A stretch of 64,000 nt of DNA from a virus, in the IMG/VR virus record IMGVR_UViG_3300022074_000021, positions 12,333-76,332 of that record, one strand, 5' to 3'. Both the position numbers and the translations under genes were made by a program. Below the pieces are notes generated by a model. That model was not told the origin of the DNA. It saw only the letters and a program-made list of their open reading frames with translations, and ran no database searches. Shown here one piece after another: positions 1 to 10,981 of this stretch (its first letter is position 1; every line of letters begins with the position of its first letter).

Positions 1-1788
1 AGAAAGTGTAACAGATGGTGTAACAGATGGTGTAACAGATGGTGTAGGTGTTGTAGACGTAGTAACAGATGGTGTAGGTGTTGTAGACGTAGTAACAGAT
101 GGTGTAGGTGTTGTAGACGTAGTAACAGATGGTGTAGGTGTTGTAGACGTAGTAACAGATGGTGTAATTGACGAGGATACTGATGGAGATGCAAACGGTG
201 TAAGTGTAACACTAGGTGTAGGTGTTATAGACGGGGTAATTGTTATAGATGGTGTTACAGAAGGAGTAACACTGGCTGTATGTGTTATAGACGGGGTAAT
301 TGTTATAGATGGTGTTACAGAAGGAGTAACACTGGCAGCGGGGGTGGTAGTAGGGGTAGGAGTAGGTGTAGCAAACGGTGTAGGTGTTATAGACGGGGTA
401 ATTGTTATAGATGGTGTTACAGAAGGAGTAACAGCTATAGAGCATTCAGGGAATGGGTTAATAGGGCTAAGTATAACTCGTCGAAGTTGTTCAAATCTAC
501 GAGAAACATCACATAAATATTCATCAGTTATTCCACATGATAGCGTATAAAACGGACATCCAACAAATACTTCCCAGTCAGTTGTGGATAAGGGTGAGTA
601 TACAGTAGCTAGAAGTCGTGATGTATCTGTGTCTTTATAGATAGAGCTTGTCCCCGTGGTCAAAGTACTAACCACGTATGGATATCCATCTGGTGCGAGA
701 TTAATTAACGGGTAATTTGCATATTTTAAAGAATCTTGTAGTCCGGAAGTAAAGCGGCTTCTTAAAGCACCACCGTAATTCCAAGTTTCATTACCCACAA
801 AGCCAGTATCTAATCGAATAATATCATCATATGTATAAACAAACCGGTATGGGTATAAAGGAGTGCTCCATTTTAGATCGATATCCCCAATATAGGCGGA
901 CATTCCGTATAAAATAGAAGTTTCAAATATTCCAGGGTAGCTAGTACCCAGAGTTGATAAATCACAAGTATTATCAGGGCATCCGAGATTTGGCTCCATT
1001 CCTAAAAACGGTAATCTAGGTCTATCTTCTGAAATTGGTAGTTCTTGAGGTACTGATCCAGATGTTACGTTATTAATAGCAAATGCTGTTAATGGAGTAA
1101 ACGCAAAGTTACCTTCTACCGTTTCTTTTTGATTACCTTCAACGTGAAACCCAGTTGTAACGATTGTACCATTAGTATTCGAACCGGTAAGAGGCTTAAC
1201 AAAGGATATCCCTGGGCGATATCGTGAATTAGAATAGACATCAATACTGGAAAGTTCTTGCGTAAGTAAATGAGTGTAGAAGGTATCAGACTCAGACTTG
1301 TAGTCAACAACAACCTTACGACCATAGTTACCAAGCCGTGCACGTACAGTTTTCTTACCTGGACTAATTAATTCAAAAGCACTAATCGCTTGAGTTGCAA
1401 TTATATCGAGATTTTGATCTCTTATCGTAATACTATTAGGTTCATAACTTCTACCTGACCGCGTAGCGCCGTCTATATATGTAAGTTCTGATGCAAAAAC
1501 TCCTAGACTATCAAATCCAATACCTAGTATAGGTTTGTTTAAAGGCTGAGAAGATAAAGATGCACTAAGGAGAGTATTTCCAGAGAACCCAAGATCAGGT
1601 CCAACACCTCCACCACTTAACGGAAAACTTGCATCTTGCAAAAACATGCAATATCCAATTTCATCACCAGACGAGAAGTTACTTAGTTCATAAGTGAATG
1701 ACCAAGTAATATCATATTGAGGTGACATGCCTTCCTCGAATATCTGCACTGCAACAGCTGAGAGTGGAAGGTCTGTAGGATAATCCAT
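1..1788 (-). CDS. Virion/fibre protein, N-terminal lectin-like (ConA/L-type) region and C-terminal Pro/Thr/Ser mucin-like repeats; runs off the window edge
   Basis: Not in the ORF track because it has no stop within the window. Manual translation from ATG 1788 (MDYPTDLPLSAVAVQIFEEG...LGIGFDSLGVF...VRARLGNYGRKVVVDY...) is open to position 1 and ends in TPSVTTSTTP repeats; TTAAATA late motif 6 nt upstream. Confidence 0.8.
   Translation of the reverse strand, partial: MDYPTDLPLSAVAVQIFEEGMSPQYDITWSFTYELSNFSSGDEIGYCMFLQDASFPLSGGGVGPDLGFSGNTLLSASLSSQPLNKPILGIGFDSLGVFASELTYIDGATRSGRSYEPNSITIRDQNLDIIATQAISAFELISPGKKTVRARLGNYGRKVVVDYKSESDTFYTHLLTQELSSIDVYSNSRYRPGISFVKPLTGSNTNGTIVTTGFHVEGNQKETVEGNFAFTPLTAFAINNVTSGSVPQELPISEDRPRLPFLGMEPNLGCPDNTCDLSTLGTSYPGIFETSILYGMSAYIGDIDLKWSTPLYPYRFVYTYDDIIRLDTGFVGNETWNYGGALRSRFTSGLQDSLKYANYPLINLAPDGYPYVVSTLTTGTSSIYKDTDTSRLLATVYSPLSTTDWEVFVGCPFYTLSCGITDEYLCDVSRRFEQLRRVILSPINPFPECSIAVTPSVTPSITITPSITPTPFATPTPTPTTTPAASVTPSVTPSITITPSITHTASVTPSVTPSITITPSITPTPSVTLTPFASPSVSSSITPSVTTSTTPTPSVTTSTTPTPSVTTSTTPTPSVTTSTTPTPSVTPSVTPSVTLS
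8..433 (-). repeat. Coding tandem repeats (12-, 30- and about 60-bp units) encoding TPSV / TPSVTTSTTP / SVTPSVTPSITITPSIT
   Basis: gtaacagatggtgtaggtgttgtagacgta repeated in tandem at about 32-160; gttatagacggggtaattgttatagatggtgttacagaaggagtaaca three times at about 224-432. Confidence 0.95.
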
Positions 1789-1843
1789 ACAGATATTTAA
1801 TCTGATAATCTAAATTTCAAGTAAGTATAAATATAATTAACTA

Positions 1844-3439
1844 TTACATCCCCCATTCAAACTTGACTATACCAGGTGCAGTGGCCTCATATGATCCACC
1901 AACACTATGATTTGAAGCCCCAGGAGATCCGGCACCTCCCCAAAATGACGGATTACCATTTACTTCTTCATCACCAGAACTAGTATCCATACCACCCCAA
2001 GCTCCAGAAAGAATATGCACAGAAACAACATGAGGATCATTAGGTAAGAATGAACCATTATTAGCGGTAAGTCCATCAGCCCAAGAGTCTTGTGCGGGAG
2101 CAATAGCGCCAATTGAACGGGCTAGCTCAGTACCACCAATAGAAATATATGAAGGTTGCCCATTTGTTCTAGCAGTAGTACGACCAGCTCCAACCGTGTA
2201 ACTAATAGAAGTACCTATAGGAGCAGAAAGGATACCATATATAGTTGCAGCGGCTCCACCAGCAACAGAACCACCAGTTGCACCGGATCCAGTTACCCAA
2301 AACTTTGTATAAGTGGCTTTTGTGGTATAAGTGCCGGAACCAGCAGTGTCATAAGCTACTAGACCAGGCATAGGTAATCCTATTTCAATATCATTATTAA
2401 GAAGAGAGAAAGCTGTACTAGTAACGTTAGATCCATTAGAAGAAGCAGTTAATCCATTTGTAACAGTAACATTGGATGTTGATACTACATCAGGCAATGC
2501 TTTAATAAAGAAGTTAACAGCTTTAGCGCTAACGCTACTTGTACCGGTACCTAAATGATATACGGTACCACCTGCTGGATTACTATTTGCACCGTATAAC
2601 ACAGTACTTGCATAATTAGGTAAATTAAAATTAGTATCATTACCACCATATTGTGCACCAATTACACCAGAAAGAACTCTATAATCTGTACCAGCTAGTT
2701 GTTGACCATTACATAGCAACCAACCAGTAGGCATACTTGTTCCCGTAACAGTTTGAACGACTGTACCGACCGGTACCGCGGAAGATGAAGAATTAAAAAA
2801 TACAGTAGTAGAAGACTGTGGCGATGCCCATTTAAGATTTCCGAGACTATCGACGTTAAGAAAGCTATTTGCTCCTCCTAATCCACCAGTTGGAAACGAA
2901 TAGTCAACATTATTAATATTAAGTTTCTGTGGTAAATGTAGGTGACTAGTATTAAATGCTGTAATCCTATTCGATTTTATTTGTGTACTACTTAAGGAAA
3001 TCTGACCACTTACAAGCTCAATTGAATTACCTGTAAGTTCGTTTGAACCACTTAAATGTTGAGATGATAGAGTACCTACTGAAATAGTTCCTAATGTATC
3101 ATTTACGATAATTGAATCATTAGCCGCTACAAAAATTTGAGCAATCTTATTCCAACCTGTAGCTGTTTTAACATATAATATATTGTTTGTTGTATTATAA
3201 GCTATATCTCCTACAGCTCCTTCAACCAAGGCTGTATGATCAGCAACAGATCCTAAAAACTTATTACCTGTAATAAGACCACCTTGTGTTGAACCATCAC
3301 CGATATACAACCGTTTACTATCTGTTGTATATCCTAATTCACCTTGATCAAGGGTTATATTTTGACGATCAGCATTATCTCCACGACGAACGAGAAGTTT
3401 AAGAAGAGTATTTTCGAGAATTTCGATTTTTTTAGCCAT
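1844..3439 (-). CDS. Tail fibre protein with tail-collar domain
   Basis: N-terminal RRG...LDQGELGYTTDSKRLYIGDG fibre-anchor motif; collar motif VPVGTV...PTGWLLCNGQ...FNLPNY; Gly-rich C-terminus. Confidence 0.8.
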   Translation of the reverse strand: MAKKIEILENTLLKLLVRRGDNADRQNITLDQGELGYTTDSKRLYIGDGSTQGGLITGNKFLGSVADHTALVEGAVGDIAYNTTNNILYVKTATGWNKIAQIFVAANDSIIVNDTLGTISVGTLSSQHLSGSNELTGNSIELVSGQISLSSTQIKSNRITAFNTSHLHLPQKLNINNVDYSFPTGGLGGANSFLNVDSLGNLKWASPQSSTTVFFNSSSSAVPVGTVVQTVTGTSMPTGWLLCNGQQLAGTDYRVLSGVIGAQYGGNDTNFNLPNYASTVLYGANSNPAGGTVYHLGTGTSSVSAKAVNFFIKALPDVVSTSNVTVTNGLTASSNGSNVTSTAFSLLNNDIEIGLPMPGLVAYDTAGSGTYTTKATYTKFWVTGSGATGGSVAGGAAATIYGILSAPIGTSISYTVGAGRTTARTNGQPSYISIGGTELARSIGAIAPAQDSWADGLTANNGSFLPNDPHVVSVHILSGAWGGMDTSSGDEEVNGNPSFWGGAGSPGASNHSVGGSYEATAPGIVKFEWGM

Positions 3440-3444
3440 GATTT

Positions 3445-4458
3445 TTAGAATTTAAATACTGGGATTGCGAAGTTACCATCTGCACCGGATGCAATTTGAA
3501 TGAAACCTGCGGAAGATAGAGCAATGGCCACGGCGGATGTTTGATTACTATTAGCTGATAAAGCATTAATAACTGTTTCCCCTGTAGCCCCTGGTCTTGC
3601 TGCATTTAGCGATCCAAAGAAGATTTGCTCGTTACCGGTTCCGTCAGTTCCAGAAAGATTTTGTTGAACTGCATTAGTTGATGAAGTAATACGACCAGTT
3701 GAATCAAATACAGAAGTAAAAAGCGGTTGAGCCGTGCCACCGCCTATAGTTTCAAGAGCAATTGTAGAACCGCTTTTTTCAAGACCTGTTCCAAGTGCAG
3801 CTGATTGAATAGCATTACCATCAACGGTATTTGTACCTGCAGCAGCAAAGTCAAGCTTACCACCCGTAAAAGTAAATGCATTAGTAACATCAACACCAAT
3901 TGCATCACCCGCACCCCCACTAAGGCCTAATCCAATATCCCCAGCACTAATATTAACATGAGATGTTTCAAGCTCACCGTTCGCATTAATCGTAATAGAG
4001 GAATTATCAATTCTTGCTGATAATCCGGTTGATCCATAGGCAAGGCCTCCGCTAAGATCAACAACATTACTACTTAATTGAGCAATACCAACACCATTGT
4101 TAGAAATATGAAGATTATTGCCAGCAGTATATTCTAAAGTTAGATCATCTGGTCTTGTTCCTATAAACGCCCATGATGTTAAATTAGCAGCATATGTGCC
4201 GGATAGTTGATATAATAAGTTATCCTCATAAACTAGATCTCCATTAACAGCCTCAGTAAGGTCAGTTCTGGTACCAACATACATCGGAGTATGTATAACA
4301 TTACTTATATTATTACCTCCTACAGTAAACCCATCACCAACCCAAACGCGTTTAGCATCAGTTGTATACCCGAGTTCACCTTGTTCGAGAGTTACTGCCT
4401 TGCGTTGAGCATCAGTACCTCTTCTTAGTTTTAATTTTACTATTTCAATATCTGGCAT
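3445..4458 (-). CDS. Tail fibre-like protein (same N-terminal anchor motif as neighbour)
   Basis: LRRGTDAQR...LEQGELGYTTDAKRVWVGDG; Gly/Ser/Thr-rich body. Confidence 0.7.
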   Translation of the reverse strand: MPDIEIVKLKLRRGTDAQRKAVTLEQGELGYTTDAKRVWVGDGFTVGGNNISNVIHTPMYVGTRTDLTEAVNGDLVYEDNLLYQLSGTYAANLTSWAFIGTRPDDLTLEYTAGNNLHISNNGVGIAQLSSNVVDLSGGLAYGSTGLSARIDNSSITINANGELETSHVNISAGDIGLGLSGGAGDAIGVDVTNAFTFTGGKLDFAAAGTNTVDGNAIQSAALGTGLEKSGSTIALETIGGGTAQPLFTSVFDSTGRITSSTNAVQQNLSGTDGTGNEQIFFGSLNAARPGATGETVINALSANSNQTSAVAIALSSAGFIQIASGADGNFAIPVFKF

Positions 4459-4470
4459 TATTTTAAAATG

Positions 4471-5082
4471 TTAAGCTGTTCTTTGCCATACATACATACC
4501 GAATGTTGGCGGAATATTATTATGTGATTGATTACCACCTGTATTATCCGGTAGTAGGGGAGTTGCTTGTGGTCTAGATGGATTACCATGATCGGCATAG
4601 TAGCCTACGTTAGGATCATTTCCTAACCTCGAGGAGTTCTTAATAGGGTGAGTATGTTCTGGTAGTTCGGTAACTGTTAGTTGATGCTTATACTCCCCAG
4701 TTGTATCAACATCACCAGCTGCAACTGTATGGGTATCGCTACTATTATCAGTACCTTGACCAACTCCTGCTATGAACTTTCCTTTAGATACTTGTAGCCA
4801 AGTTGTACCGGTAAATCGATCACCTGGATTAGTATTGTCAATAGAAAAAATAACTGAACCAACTGGGTAAATTGTATCAGCAATCGCGGCTTTAAAATTG
4901 CTACCAAGTGCACCATCTACATCAATTCCTTGACCTGCTCTTCCTAAACTAAGTGCACTTTTATTACCAAATCCGTCATAAATATCTTCTTGCCCGGACG
5001 CTGGTAGAGCCTCACCTTTAGCATGAAGCACACCGACATATGTTTCGGAAATGTTGGTGTTTGTTAATGATTCACTTGCCAT
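4471..5082 (-). CDS. Baseplate/short-fibre protein with T4 gp10 C-terminal-like domain
   Basis: YPVGSVIFS..NPG..F.GTTW...GEYKHQLTVTELPEHTH...GGNQSHNNIPP...YVWQRTA; start moved to 5082 (MASESL), 6 nt after ATAAATA. Confidence 0.75.
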   Translation of the reverse strand: MASESLTNTNISETYVGVLHAKGEALPASGQEDIYDGFGNKSALSLGRAGQGIDVDGALGSNFKAAIADTIYPVGSVIFSIDNTNPGDRFTGTTWLQVSKGKFIAGVGQGTDNSSDTHTVAAGDVDTTGEYKHQLTVTELPEHTHPIKNSSRLGNDPNVGYYADHGNPSRPQATPLLPDNTGGNQSHNNIPPTFGMYVWQRTA

Positions 5083-5115
5083 ACATATATTTATGGTAGT
5101 GGCAGTATTAAGCAA

Positions 5116-7080
5116 TCAAATTTCTATAATACTGCCTATAGTATATGATGGTTGTACATCAGAACTTATATCAGGCTCAACCAAATTAACTAATTTTTCT
5201 TGTACCTCATGTACCAGTTTAAAACATCTATTTAAAACTCCGTTAAGATTTTCTTCATTACCATGAATATAGAAATTTTCAAGTTCATTAGTTATAAACT
5301 TACTAAAATCAACATTATAATTATAATTATCAAGCTCTAATATATCATTATTAAAAGAACCGGTAAATCTACCTATAATATTATTCTTAAGAAGTAACAC
5401 ATCCTCAACTAGTTTAAATATTTCTGTATTAACTATAGATTGCTGTATAAAACTATCACTATTCAACGAAAATCCTTGACTACCATAATTAGTGTAATTA
5501 GGATCCTTTAGAACTCGCTGATAAGAACTCATAATAGGTTCATCGAAAAAGTATAATCTACCGGTAGTTAGCATAATTGTCCTATCATAGCTACTAGTAG
5601 ATTGAAAAATTGAAAAACTATTGATCCGTGAATCTAGAAGACCACTTACTTGCTCAGTCTCAATTGCTTCACCAACTTGTGTACCTAGATTCCAAATAAA
5701 CTCTGCTTGTGAAAAATTAATATCATTAAAATTCCACCGATTATTTATAGATACTGGATTATTAGATATTTCCACAGTTTCATCAGTAAAATCCAAAAGA
5801 TAAAGTCGCTCAGTTCTGTACCTGCCAACAATTTTTGAAGGACGAGTTTTAAACTTTTTATATACTGTCTTATTAGTTGCAAAATACCAGTAATTACTAT
5901 CTGTGCCTGAAAATGTAATATCTATTATTTCTTCTGTTTGAGCAAGTCTATCATCTAGAACTATCTCTTCTTTAAACCTAAAGTTTTCACCACTAAAACG
6001 GTATAAATATGGTATCCGAGATGTAATGTTATTTATAACTACATCTTTATAGGTTAAAATATATAGAGAATTAAAATCTGGGTCAAACCCCATTGCACCC
6101 AATGTCTCTGTATTAAAATTAATAGATGTAATACGAGTTATATAATTAAATTCCTCATCGAAAATTTTAACTACTTTGTTTCCAGAATCAAAAACCGCAA
6201 CTGCATTATTAGTAACAGCTAATTTAGTGGGTCTAACAAATTTAGTCTGGCGTCTTGAGTCACCATAACCACCTACTAACTCAATATAGTTACGTTTATT
6301 TCTAAGAGAACTATCATTATTAACATAACCAGCAATATCATAACGTAAAACAACATTATTACCAGTATCAGAAAGATATAAATATTTTTTTGTAGAGGCA
6401 ATTCCACCTAACTCTTTAAATGTTAGATTATTTTCATCTGTAGTTTCATATCCAGTAGTATCTTCTATAACAGTTAAATCTGTGTTAGATCCAGTTAAGC
6501 ATATAAGATCGGAAGAAGTACACGCAAATAACGAGAAATGATCTTCAAAATCTAAATTAGCTTGCACAGTTGCATCAACAATATAACCAAAGGCACTTAG
6601 ATAATGATTATTTTCAAATCTTACATTTTCAACAAATTGAGGATTTTCAGTATTTGATGTATTAATCTGAAATGCAGATAATGTATTAGAAGAAAGAGAA
6701 GCATATCGTATAGATTCAGTATATGGTAACTTATTAGATGCTATAAAAAGTCTAGAATAAACATATGTATTATTTTCACGTAAATTATCTAATTTAAGTT
6801 TAAATAAATCGTAATTAAAATTATCATTAAGACTGAAGGTACAGTTATCAACGGAGTTTGGTAAAGTAATATCAGTATCACTAATAACTCGATCGGTAAA
6901 ATTATTTGTAAAAAATAAATCTGTAGCAAAAGTGTTTTTAGATGTAAGTGTTTTATTGGTTATTACTTCTTTAGCAACATTATCTTTAGTTTCAACAAAA
7001 CCATAAAAATCTGACCCGGTAAGAGTAAACATATTACCGGAAGTATAAACTTTTTTATATGAGGAATAATCAATAATCAT
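5116..7080 (-). CDS. Virion structural protein with NHL/beta-propeller repeats
   Basis: LYLSDTGNNVV, FVRPTKLAV, VAVFDSGNKVVKIFD motifs; lies in the baseplate operon. Confidence 0.6.
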   Translation of the reverse strand: MIIDYSSYKKVYTSGNMFTLTGSDFYGFVETKDNVAKEVITNKTLTSKNTFATDLFFTNNFTDRVISDTDITLPNSVDNCTFSLNDNFNYDLFKLKLDNLRENNTYVYSRLFIASNKLPYTESIRYASLSSNTLSAFQINTSNTENPQFVENVRFENNHYLSAFGYIVDATVQANLDFEDHFSLFACTSSDLICLTGSNTDLTVIEDTTGYETTDENNLTFKELGGIASTKKYLYLSDTGNNVVLRYDIAGYVNNDSSLRNKRNYIELVGGYGDSRRQTKFVRPTKLAVTNNAVAVFDSGNKVVKIFDEEFNYITRITSINFNTETLGAMGFDPDFNSLYILTYKDVVINNITSRIPYLYRFSGENFRFKEEIVLDDRLAQTEEIIDITFSGTDSNYWYFATNKTVYKKFKTRPSKIVGRYRTERLYLLDFTDETVEISNNPVSINNRWNFNDINFSQAEFIWNLGTQVGEAIETEQVSGLLDSRINSFSIFQSTSSYDRTIMLTTGRLYFFDEPIMSSYQRVLKDPNYTNYGSQGFSLNSDSFIQQSIVNTEIFKLVEDVLLLKNNIIGRFTGSFNNDILELDNYNYNVDFSKFITNELENFYIHGNEENLNGVLNRCFKLVHEVQEKLVNLVEPDISSDVQPSYTIGSIIEI

Positions 7081-7083
7081 TTT

Positions 7084-10000
7084 TTAATAATCTTTAAATA
7101 CTACATCGTTAATTGTTACCCCGACTGGTGTAAAATCTTTAGCCTCTGCTAAAATAGATGCTTTAATTTGTTCTCGTATAGTAATATCAGTAATGTTAAG
7201 ATTTCTTACAACAATATCAATCTGGTTTGAAGAATTATTTCTATTAAATTTAAAGAACTGTTGTATTTCAGTTTTAGATGTACGCTGACCAGCTGGTAAC
7301 GAAAGAACTATATTATCTAGCTTCTGTTGCACTAAATATAAAGCATACACTAATTCAGTATCAATAGCTCTATCGTATATAAAAGGATTTCTTATAGTAA
7401 GATCTTTAGTATAATAATAACCTGGTTGTTTAAGATAAGTTGAGAGGTCCATGTTACTCTGGAATCCTGTAGATCCAATAAAAAACTCATCGCTAAATAT
7501 ATCTTGAATCATATACTTACCAGGAGAGAATGTTTGATTTTCATATAGTTCAGCATTTATATATAAAGTTGAGTTACCTTGTATAGTATCTAACCTATAA
7601 GTAAAATTATAGAATCCTGGTTCGAAATTTGTAGGGTCAAAAGAAATTGTTTTCGTAAGAATATCTTCTGTATCCAGATAATTTGTTAATGTTAATTTAA
7701 AATCTATGGATGAAGAATCATATAAATGATTAATAACATTATAATTTGTTAATTTAGTAGCAGGAGTATTATGACCGAACGAAACCCCTGATAAAGCAGC
7801 TGCTGTTAATGACGGCATAGTACCTTTGGAAAGATAAAGCTTTTCGTCGTTACCTTCAGCTAATAATACCGGATATTGAAAATTTATACCATTTCGGTAT
7901 TCATTAACCCAATCCATCGAAATAAACGTTCCGCCAGAAAGGGCAACGGTTGTCTCAGTCGCAGGGGTAGGTATAGTAATACTACCAATTGAGCCTGATA
8001 GCTCTAAAATACCACTTGTATTAAAGACAAAATATTCCGTAGGCTTAAGTATGTAAATTTTATCTTGCGCTACTAAAAAATCTTTAATATTAGTTTTAAG
8101 AAAAGCTTCTGGGGCATCGTCTAAGTTATGTTTAACAATAAAATCACTAACTTGGTAAAAAACTGTAGAATCGTTTTCCCAATTAGTATTAGTTCCTGGT
8201 AATTTATATATAGCGTCGTTATATTCTAAAACATTATCATATAGGCAAAATTCTTTTTCGTATACATCAAATTCAGCTGCAGAAAGAGTGGAAACAGCAA
8301 ATGTATTGGTATTAATTCTTCGAACGTTTTGATCACTAGAAATAAAATCAATGTTGTTATGCATTTGATAATAACCAATATATTCTAAAATATCACTACC
8401 ACAATCTAATTTAATCTTATTGCCTTGTGTATTGACTTTATAAAAAAGATTACCAGAAGTAGTAACAATGTAATCATCTAATGCACTTCTCTTGAATACC
8501 TGTTTAATTTTTGTTTTAAATTCTATCTTATTTCTTAATTCAAAATCTGTGTTAAATATGTATAAAGTTTGATCACTTACAACATGAATAAACGGAGTAA
8601 CTGTTTGATCTTGGAAAATGCCGAAACCTCTATTTGTATTATTACCTAATAATTCAAATCCGTATTGATTGGACGGATCTAAATACATATCAAAATTTAA
8701 CGTAAAGTTTTTAGTTTTATCTATATCGTCGGATACGTTAAAAACAGTATAAGTACTACCATCAAACGTTAATTCTCGTGTATCGACATCTGTGCAATAA
8801 TTTTCTGTTTCCCCTCTAACAATTCTAGAGGTATTGTACATATCGAATGCTGAAACTAATGGGGCCGAGCTATCAACAATATCTTTAATATCTGAATTAC
8901 CAATTCTTTGATATTTAATAGCTATATTTGGCTCAATTGCTGCATCACTCTGCTTGTCAAAGAATTTTTCCTTATTAATAATAGCATCAGATACTTTAAT
9001 ATTAATAGTATCTACACTATCCTGAAAAGAAGGTGCATAAACAGGAGTTGATGAAAGAGCAGCTTTTTTAGAAATTTTATCTGGATAGTAGTACCTGTCG
9101 ACCCATAAACCTTCCTCACCTAAATTGTTACCAGATAACCATGTACATAAATAACGGCCATTATCATATTGAGTTGTATTTTGTCTCCTAATAAAAATTT
9201 TGTCAGATAATATAGGTGAAGGCCCGGCGAAAGAGCCGTTATATACAAATTGTGTATCGTTTATATTAAGTTTTTCATATGGATATATTGATGAAGGCGC
9301 TACAAAAAATGTGTCAGAACCATTTTCAATAAAAATATCTTTATCATAAAAAGTGTAATTAAGATTAATCTTATCTATACCTTGCTCTTGGTTATTACCT
9401 GAATTTAAATTATAATATTCTCGTGGATCATGCCCGAGACCGTTAGGACTGTCTATCATATTAGAACCACGTTTAACAAAATTAAATTCTGACCTGTTAG
9501 TGTCTAATGTTAAGTAATTTAATTGAAAACTATCAGCAGATATTGTATTGTATGCTGTTGTAAGCATGTATTGACCGTCTTCATTTAAACTGCTATTTAC
9601 AGTATCTAAAATTAAGTTAGAAGCTTTTCGTACATTATAGTTAGCAAAACTTTTATTTATAAACTGCTTGTTTTGATCTCGCGAGTAATCAATATGTAGT
9701 AGATTACTAATACCACGGTTAAGGCTTCCTGATAATAAAGGTGTAAGTGTAAGCTGATCTCCACTTAGTGCAACTATATTGAGCACATCATTATAAAATT
9801 TAAATAGTTGCAAATATCCATCGTCGTCTAAAACATATCTAAATACATCACTTTGCTCACGGACAATACTTTTATAATCATCGGTATTTCGATAAAACAC
9901 GAATTTATTTATCCGTTCGCCTGACGTCGGATCTACGTTGGTATTATAGTTTAGATAAAAATCAAATAATCCATCATTATGCTTAATACGACATAAATTA

Positions 10001-10422
10001 TTATTTAACGCTTCAATTTCAAAAAAGTAATTATTTTGAAATAATCCAGTCTTATTGAGTGGTTGTATACCTAGAGCTTTTTGATCTGTTGTTACACTTT
10101 CATTACTCTTAAAAATATAAAAATATTTAGATGGTTGATTATCAGGTATCTCAAATCCAATTTTTGTAACTAAAGATACAGCAGTATCTTGAGCAAGGGA
10201 AGATACAGATATAAAGTTAGATAGTTTATTTTTATCAGTTAAATAAAATGACGAGTAATTATTAATTTTACTATCACGCGCTCCGGAAAGAGCATCAATA
10301 AGATTAACATTTAACCCTTGCTCTAATGTCGATTTAGTTTGCTCAAATGATATAAATTTATCATTATAATCCGCGGAAGGAAAAGAAACTGAACTAACAG
10401 AGTATGTATTGGTTGTCGCCAT
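7084..10422 (-). CDS. Large virion structural protein (baseplate region; LamG-like segments)
   Basis: 1112 aa, beta-rich; FDGSTY...NFTLNFDMY and GNSTLYINAEL segments; late motif upstream. Confidence 0.5.
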   Translation of the reverse strand: MATTNTYSVSSVSFPSADYNDKFISFEQTKSTLEQGLNVNLIDALSGARDSKINNYSSFYLTDKNKLSNFISVSSLAQDTAVSLVTKIGFEIPDNQPSKYFYIFKSNESVTTDQKALGIQPLNKTGLFQNNYFFEIEALNNNLCRIKHNDGLFDFYLNYNTNVDPTSGERINKFVFYRNTDDYKSIVREQSDVFRYVLDDDGYLQLFKFYNDVLNIVALSGDQLTLTPLLSGSLNRGISNLLHIDYSRDQNKQFINKSFANYNVRKASNLILDTVNSSLNEDGQYMLTTAYNTISADSFQLNYLTLDTNRSEFNFVKRGSNMIDSPNGLGHDPREYYNLNSGNNQEQGIDKINLNYTFYDKDIFIENGSDTFFVAPSSIYPYEKLNINDTQFVYNGSFAGPSPILSDKIFIRRQNTTQYDNGRYLCTWLSGNNLGEEGLWVDRYYYPDKISKKAALSSTPVYAPSFQDSVDTINIKVSDAIINKEKFFDKQSDAAIEPNIAIKYQRIGNSDIKDIVDSSAPLVSAFDMYNTSRIVRGETENYCTDVDTRELTFDGSTYTVFNVSDDIDKTKNFTLNFDMYLDPSNQYGFELLGNNTNRGFGIFQDQTVTPFIHVVSDQTLYIFNTDFELRNKIEFKTKIKQVFKRSALDDYIVTTSGNLFYKVNTQGNKIKLDCGSDILEYIGYYQMHNNIDFISSDQNVRRINTNTFAVSTLSAAEFDVYEKEFCLYDNVLEYNDAIYKLPGTNTNWENDSTVFYQVSDFIVKHNLDDAPEAFLKTNIKDFLVAQDKIYILKPTEYFVFNTSGILELSGSIGSITIPTPATETTVALSGGTFISMDWVNEYRNGINFQYPVLLAEGNDEKLYLSKGTMPSLTAAALSGVSFGHNTPATKLTNYNVINHLYDSSSIDFKLTLTNYLDTEDILTKTISFDPTNFEPGFYNFTYRLDTIQGNSTLYINAELYENQTFSPGKYMIQDIFSDEFFIGSTGFQSNMDLSTYLKQPGYYYTKDLTIRNPFIYDRAIDTELVYALYLVQQKLDNIVLSLPAGQRTSKTEIQQFFKFNRNNSSNQIDIVVRNLNITDITIREQIKASILAEAKDFTPVGVTINDVVFKDY

Positions 10423-10459
10423 TTACATACATATTTAATGGTACAATCATGAGACGCAA

Positions 10460-10981
10460 TCAATTATTCAAGAAAGTGATATAGGTAGCGTTATTAAATT
10501 TAGATTGCAAATTTGCTATAGTATTACTAGCCGAGGCTCCTATCATTTGAGTTGATGTAATTCCAAGCTTTTGTATATTATCATAATAGCTTTCACGAAT
10601 TAATTTTATAGGTTGATTTATATTAGCGTAAAAGCCGTTATTATAATATATTAAAAACTGAGCAGTTAAATTAGTAAAAAATGAACTAACCGCAGGTACA
10701 TAAGTATGTTCGTATTGATTCAAAATAGTTCCACCTACTTTACCGTATAAAACTTCATCAAAAATAGATTTAGTTTTATAGTTAAATACAATATCTTTTT
10801 GTGCGTATTGTATATTACTTGAATCTCCCCAATTAATATCTAATGTAAGAGCTGAACTAGATGTTTCAGAGATTCCGGTAAGCACGAAATTTATTGTAGG
10901 TACTCCTTTAAACAATATCTCATCTCCAAAAACATTTATGTTTTGAGTTACTGATGACAGGTTAATAAAAATCGTGCTCAT
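10460..10981 (-). CDS. Hypothetical structural protein (PKD-like INWGD motif)
   Basis: ORF track; position within the structural operon. Confidence 0.5.
   Translation of the reverse strand: MSTIFINLSSVTQNINVFGDEILFKGVPTINFVLTGISETSSSALTLDINWGDSSNIQYAQKDIVFNYKTKSIFDEVLYGKVGGTILNQYEHTYVPAVSSFFTNLTAQFLIYYNNGFYANINQPIKLIRESYYDNIQKLGITSTQMIGASASNTIANLQSKFNNATYITFLNN

Noticed and set aside
8-433. Repeat array as CRISPR
   Set aside because: Units are contiguous with no unique spacers, have lengths in multiples of 3 and encode a Pro/Thr/Ser linker.
212-550. Short ORFs 212-445, 280-516, 344-550 (and 1116-1343)
   Set aside because: Shadow frames of the long minus-strand gene 1-1788.
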